Part shown: positions 58,594-64,000 of the stretch, in pieces
Position numbering within the stretch: position 1 is the stretch's first letter
How the letters are laid out: each line of letters starts with the position of its first letter
Program-made: the position numbers and the translations under genes
The notes under the pieces: model-generated
Told to the model about the DNA's origin: nothing
Databases searched by the model: none
The model's input: the letters and a program-made list of their open reading frames with translations, nothing else
Assembly (NCBI RefSeq): GCF_002113885.1
Contig: NW_018403789.1
Coordinates: forward strand, 1,045,570 to 1,109,569
Source: Mizuhopecten yessoensis
Lineage: Eukaryota
Direction: 5' to 3'
DNA: 64,000 nt

Positions 58594-58760
58594 GTTATAT
58601 CACTGTGTCTATAGAAAGGTCAAACGATACCTAGATTAATTACTAGCGTTGCATTGTCTTTCTGTATGTTACTGTACTGTTATATCACGGTGTCTATAGA
58701 AAGGTCAAACGATACCTAGATTAATTCCTAGCGTTGTAGAAGTATGTTACTGTACTGTTA
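58594..58760. repeat. About 85-bp host tandem repeat that is the YR element's target; the first part of the interrupted unit is at 49725-49786
   Basis: TAGAAAGGTCAAACGATACCTAGATTAATT...GTATGTTACTGTACT|GTTATATCAC at 49725, 58611 and 58696. Confidence 0.85.
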
Positions 58761-58906
58761 AGTTTTTATTTACATGCTATATAGAAAATGTGTATATATT
58801 ATATGTATATTGTTTGTACGGAATAGGAAGGTTTATCGCAGATAATTGCTATCCCAATAAACAGCGGCGTTAATGACCGACTAAGTATAGGTGATACCGT
58901 GAGTAC

Positions 58907-59088
58907 ACGCGTGTTTATACCAATGCCACTAATACGGAGCGTTTCACGGACAACCAGGAATACCTTCACGTGTTTATACAAATGCCACTAATACGGAGCG
59001 TTTCTGGGACCACCAGGAATACCTTCACGTGTTTATACCAATGCCACTAATACGGAGCGTTTCATGGACCACCAGGAATACCTTCACG
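58907..59088. repeat. About 59-bp tandem repeat, 3 copies
   Basis: AATGCCACTAATACGGAGCGTTTC...ACCAGGAATACCTTCACG occurs three times. Confidence 0.85.
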
Positions 59089-59361
59089 ATGTTGTACCGC
59101 ATGTTTGTATTTTTATGTCATCATTGGATTACCACAAGTTATGCACGAGCTGTTCCGGAACCGGATGTTTGCTCCACACTTTTATTTTACTGTACATTGA
59201 TAAAACTGGAACTTCAGAAAATACAAGATCGAGCGATCAGTTTCATTTTGAAAGACGACTTGTTTGCCTGGCTAACATTGTCAGTTAAAAGCGTGCTGTA
59301 TCTGTAACACCTTATTTGCTTATTTTGTTTTGTTTGTTGTTTAATGTCCTCGCAACAAACA

Positions 59362-60090
59362 AGGTCATACGAGAAAGTATGCCCAGGGAGGTACTACAGC
59401 CATGGTCATACGAGGACGGGTGCCCAGGGAGGTACAACAGCCATGGTCATACGAGGACGGATGCCTTGGGAGGTACAACAGCCATGGTCATACGAGAACG
59501 GGTGTCTAGGGAGGCACAACAGCCATGGTAATACGAGGACGGGTGTCTAGGGAGGCACAACAGCCATGAACATACGAGGAGGGGGGCCTAGGGAGGTACA
59601 ACAGCCATGGTCATACGAGGACGGGTGCCCAGGGAGGTACAACAGCCATGGTCATACGAGGACGGGTGTCTAGGGAGGCACACCAGCCATGGTCATACGA
59701 GGACGGGTGTCTAGGGAGGCACAACAGCCATGGTCATATGAGGACGGGAGCCTAGGGAGGAACAACAGCCATGGTCATACGAGGACGGGTGTCTAGGGAG
59801 GCACAACAGCCATGGTCATACGAGGACGGGGGCCTAGGGAGGTACACCAGCCATGGTCATACGAGGACGGGTGCATAGGGAGGTACAACAGCCATGGTCA
59901 TACGAGAAGGGGGGTTAGGGAGGTACAACAGCCATGGTCATACGAGGACGGGGGCCTAAGGAGGCACAACAGCCATGGGCATATCGGGACGGGTGCCTAG
60001 GGAGGCACAGCAACCATGGTCACATGTGTACGGGTGCCTAGGGACGCACAACAGCCATGGTCATACGAGGACGGGTGCCTAGGGAGGCAC
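59362..60090. repeat. 41-bp GC-rich minisatellite (CAGCCATGGTCATACGAGGACGGGTGCCTAGGGAGGTACAA)n, about 17-18 copies, embedded in a SINE-like element (59320-60300)
   Basis: Unit spacing of 41 bp (59397 to 59438). Confidence 0.93.
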
Positions 60091-60391
60091 CGCCTAAAAC
60101 AGAAAGTAGATAGAAAAGAAGGAAGACAGGTAAATAGGAACCGAAAAATATTTCGAGTGTTGCAATAGGGGCAGCAGAACAATGTTGGTCTCTACCATGT
60201 CCTCTTAGTTGAAGACAAGGAAGAAAACCCCGATTCCTCAGGGAACCTCTCATTAGTCGCCTCCTACGATACACATGCCGCGGGACACAGCAGGTCTATT
60301 CTTGGTTTCTTCAATTTCCCCTTAACGGAAGGCAAGGAAGAAAATCGATGCAAAGGAAGCGACGAACAGAACTAAAAAATCACGTGATATA

Positions 60392-60819
60392 CATCCTCGA
60401 TATCCAGGGGTTGCATTCACTTTCGCTCTTTGCACCCCTGGAATATGTCTAGGAAAAATCGAAGGCTCAGTGTGCAGTACCTTGTGGACCATCCTCGATA
60501 TCCAGCGGTTACGCTCACTTACGCTCCCTAGACCCCTGGAATAGTTGCGCCACCTTGTGTATGAGACGAGTAGACTAGTTTAATCCTTTGATGTACATCA
60601 AAAGAATATCGCGGTCGCGTAACGGTAAAACTTACTTGCTCTGAAGTCGGGTGTCGCTCCTCTGTAATTTTCAAAGGACAAGTGTCAGCCTAGTGATTGG
60701 TCAGGATTTTTTCCTGACACCAATCAAATAGCTACACCGCGAGCCTTCAAATTTCCTATGACATATTCTAGGGGTGTAGAGAGAGCGAAAATGAGCGTAA
60801 ACCCTGGATATCGAGGATG
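60392..60819. mobile_element. MITE with long TIRs and a 9-bp TSD (Mutator-like)
   Basis: TIRs CATCCTCGATATCCAGGG / CCCTGGATATCGAGGATG; flanks CGTGATATA and CGTGATGTA (8/9 match); second left-TIR copy at about 60490. Confidence 0.8.
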
Positions 60820-62524
60820 CGTGATGTAGTGATAATTTGTGAAAAATCAAATGTAAAATGTTGTACAAATGTATTACTTCATGACGTCATCTAGATCTTT
60901 TGACAATGTCATGTTGCGATTTTGTACTACGAGACAGATGTAAACGTGACAGATGAGTCCCGAACGGTGTTCCATAGATTTACAAATGACTTGTTTAAAT
61001 TCTGTGAAATAAACACTTGACTTTATCCTGACACATACGTATTGACGAGGTTATACTGTTCGCTTTGTCTACAAGTTAATGTACATTTGTAGCGTGCGTG
61101 ATGATCGTTCTAACACGATTCTATGTCGGGGAGGTCACCCTGTGATACGCTCGGTAATTATTGATGATAATAAAACTGTTATAATCATCTGTCGCGACCG
61201 TGTTTTTTATTTCAATGATTTTAATGTATTTCTCTATGGGTTAGAGTTAAAGTCAATACAAAATTTTGTAAATATTTTGTTGGTTATTTGTCATAAAGAC
61301 CGATCGCTTCGATCATTATTTGTCATGATATATAAAGTAATATGGTAAATCAACATAACACAGTTTTTCATTTTTTGATAGTTTTCAATTGTGTTCTATA
61401 TTTTGCTCATAACGTTGTAAATATGTAAAAAAAACCATGTAAAATTGCTCTAAACATCTTAGTTTAGGTCCAAATATAGCTGTAACAAATCATCAGGTCC
61501 CTTTGATTTTGGATGATACTGCAAGTATTAGGGCTAATATTAAAATGTTCGATCAGGTTTCAACAAGGGAGATTACTCGTTTAACCCAAGAACGTCATTA
61601 TGCTGCCAAATGTCAAAAGATCTCTTTCTTTCCCTGCCTAAGTCACAATTAAATATACCATTCCGTGTTATACAAAAATGCAATTATATCACTTGGTCTT
61701 TAATTAACACATTAAAAATTTAAAGTGTAACCGAAAACTAAGAGTGAAGTGGACAGGGGAATAATTAAGCAGATAAGGGGACGGGGCTTGAATTAAGATC
61801 GGGGCTAGAGACAGGAGTGAACAGTCGGCAATTGGAATAATACTTCTTAATTAAAGAAAAATTAAACAATTTTTGTTGTACTTGTACATACTTTTTAAAC
61901 TTTATTGAGAGATTGACTGACAGTTCATAAAACATGAAATATACTGATAATAATTCTGTACATGGAAGTAGTACTAGCGCATGCCTACCTTTGTGGTAAA
62001 ACTCCCACATGTACAATTGGTCGTTTAAGACGAAGTAGCGTATCTATCAATACATCTTCAAACTCCATTTAATATTTATAAACAAGATACCGGAGTTTGT
62101 TTACTTGTAGAATTCCTCCGATCTCACTTGCAGATAAGATTTTTTTTAAGGAAAACAAACGCAAAAATTGGCAAGGAAGAACAATTTAGGATGACAAAAA
62201 GATCTAATTTCAAAAGAAATTATTATCGTTGAAAATCAGTTACACACACTTCTGTTGAATGTGTCCCCGGGGTGGAAGGTTATCACGTGCCAGTAGACAG
62301 CACGTGAGCCGTGTCCGTCCAACCAATCGTATTTCAATACACATACCGGAGTTCATTATTTCACACTTAGCGGTGCCAACGTATTTGACAATGTACATAA
62401 ATGCATGATTTTTATATACAGACTATGCAAACTTGCCTAGGTGTACAAGGGGACAGGTATACATACCTGTACAAAGTTTACCTGTGTGTCTAAGGTAAAC
62501 CTGTTGTTACCTGCATATACACAG

Positions 62525-62677
62525 GTGTTCCCCGAGACGGGTAAGTCATCAACAGGATGGTATAACGATACTCCAAATACGGTGGTGTGCAACCAAGGTC
62601 CCGGACACTTTAAACCCATCGGACACACACAGGGCATATCCATGGATCTATGGACAGAATCCTACATGCTTAGTGAG
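62525..62677 (+). other. Possible exon of an unidentified gene
   Basis: GC-richer open stretch bounded by CACAG| and a strong GAG|GTGAGC donor; no recognised protein motif. Confidence 0.3.
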
Positions 62678-64000
62678 GTGAGCGATTTATACGTAATTTT
62701 AAATTTTGTAAATGTTTAAATTTAGATGTTGACAACGTATTGTACGACTGTTTGTATATAACATAAAACTAATTAGGGCTCATTAGCATTACAGGTGTAT
62801 TCAGATGAACATTTATATACCTCTGTCTGCAGATGTAGCGCTAAGCTGTCTTTTTAATGTTGTGTACACACACAAATATATTTATTTCTCCTTTAATTGG
62901 CAGAATCGGACAATGTATCTAGTTGCAAAGGTCTCTGGCAGTTAAAGTTTCTCGGCTTGAAGAAACCCCTTAGCATAAAAATTTCATTTAAAAATGTATT
63001 TTCCTTTTTTGGAAACTTCCCACAACCCGTGAAAAGTTTGGAGACTCCTGGACTGGTTGTCCGATCTGCCCCAGTGTATCTAAGTTAAATGATTCACTTT
63101 ACAGACCGTGTGTGGTTTTTTTTGTGGTAGAGTAAAGCTTACATAATCACTGCCTACCCTATCTGTTTATAGATTCAGTTGCATTGTTCTTTCTCAGTAT
63201 TAAGAATCTTTATTGACTTAACCTACTCAAATGTCTCAATAGTTCAGTGCGACAGTCTCTGTAAACATTTACGCCTTGGCGAGACAACAACAATTTAAAA
63301 AAAATTAGATATAAAGAATTTTTAATATTGCAATCTATCATATGGATTTAACGACATTTAACTACAATCTTTAAAGCTTATTTATTGCAGTCCTTTTGTA
63401 TATTATATACCTTTCTTGACAGGTAAGGAATTTAATGTTTAATCTAAGAATGAACTATTGCATAACTACCGTACCCTGGACGCTCCTCGGAAATGAAAAT
63501 GGGAGGGAGATGGGGCATCAATAAATAACTTGGTTTACATGCAGCGATACATCTACATTGTGAATCATAGCCTGTATTGCTATACCTAGTGTTAAGACAG
63601 TTTGATTGATCTTCCTGTTAATATTGCACATCTGGTCTTTTAAACCCCATTAAACTGCATTTTATTACCGGCCGTCAACTTTTATCAAGTCATTCTTTTC
63701 AGTCTTTTCGCACTTTTCAAGGCTGGGCAGGATTGTTTGTATTTTTACACAGTTGTAAATCACGACTAGTGCCTTATTTTATCTGTTTACGAGAATCGGT
63801 CTTTCGTTGAGACAGTGCAACGTATAACGCACACGGTAAATATCAGAAACCAAATTAACAATGTTTTGATGAACTTTACCAATATAATTCATCGACCAAT
63901 ACCAAACTCGTTTCTCCTATGCAGTCGAGGTAGAAATCGTGATTAATTTGCTCGTTCAATAACATACACTTTGTCCCCATACGTGTTTTCTTTACCGTTT

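Noticed and set aside
59316-60274. Several short ORFs with repeated QQPWSYEDG or HGHTRTG
   Set aside because: Frame-rotating translations of the 41-bp minisatellite.

Overview
AT-rich, intron-containing animal DNA, probably a bivalve mollusc (inferred from the repeat and SINE content). There is one assembly gap at 5181-6054. I reconstructed five host genes by hand with phase-consistent GT-AG introns: a CYP4-clan cytochrome P450 (minus strand, 7 exons, running off the left edge), a two-exon aminergic-type class A GPCR, a C1orf74/UPF0739-like ORF, a ninjurin, and a three-exon gene for a 227-aa secreted His-motif protein of unknown function. The rest is nested mobile DNA. The most informative element is a tyrosine-recombinase (DIRS-order) retrotransposon with a complete A1-B1-A2-B2 split-direct-repeat layout. 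Its 3-bp ACT crossover can be read at both ends, at the internal junction and at adjacent empty target sites, and its recombinase appears to be expressed by an in-frame gag-to-YR splice. A young RTEX-like LINE sits inside it, with ORF1 and an AUG-less ORF2 in one frame separated by a single TAG. Also present: a CR1-like relic with a 2A-like DIESNPGP motif, a MITE-in-LINE-in-MITE nest, several tRNA-derived SINEs, palindromic MITEs and minisatellites. Family names come from recalled motifs; no database search was run.
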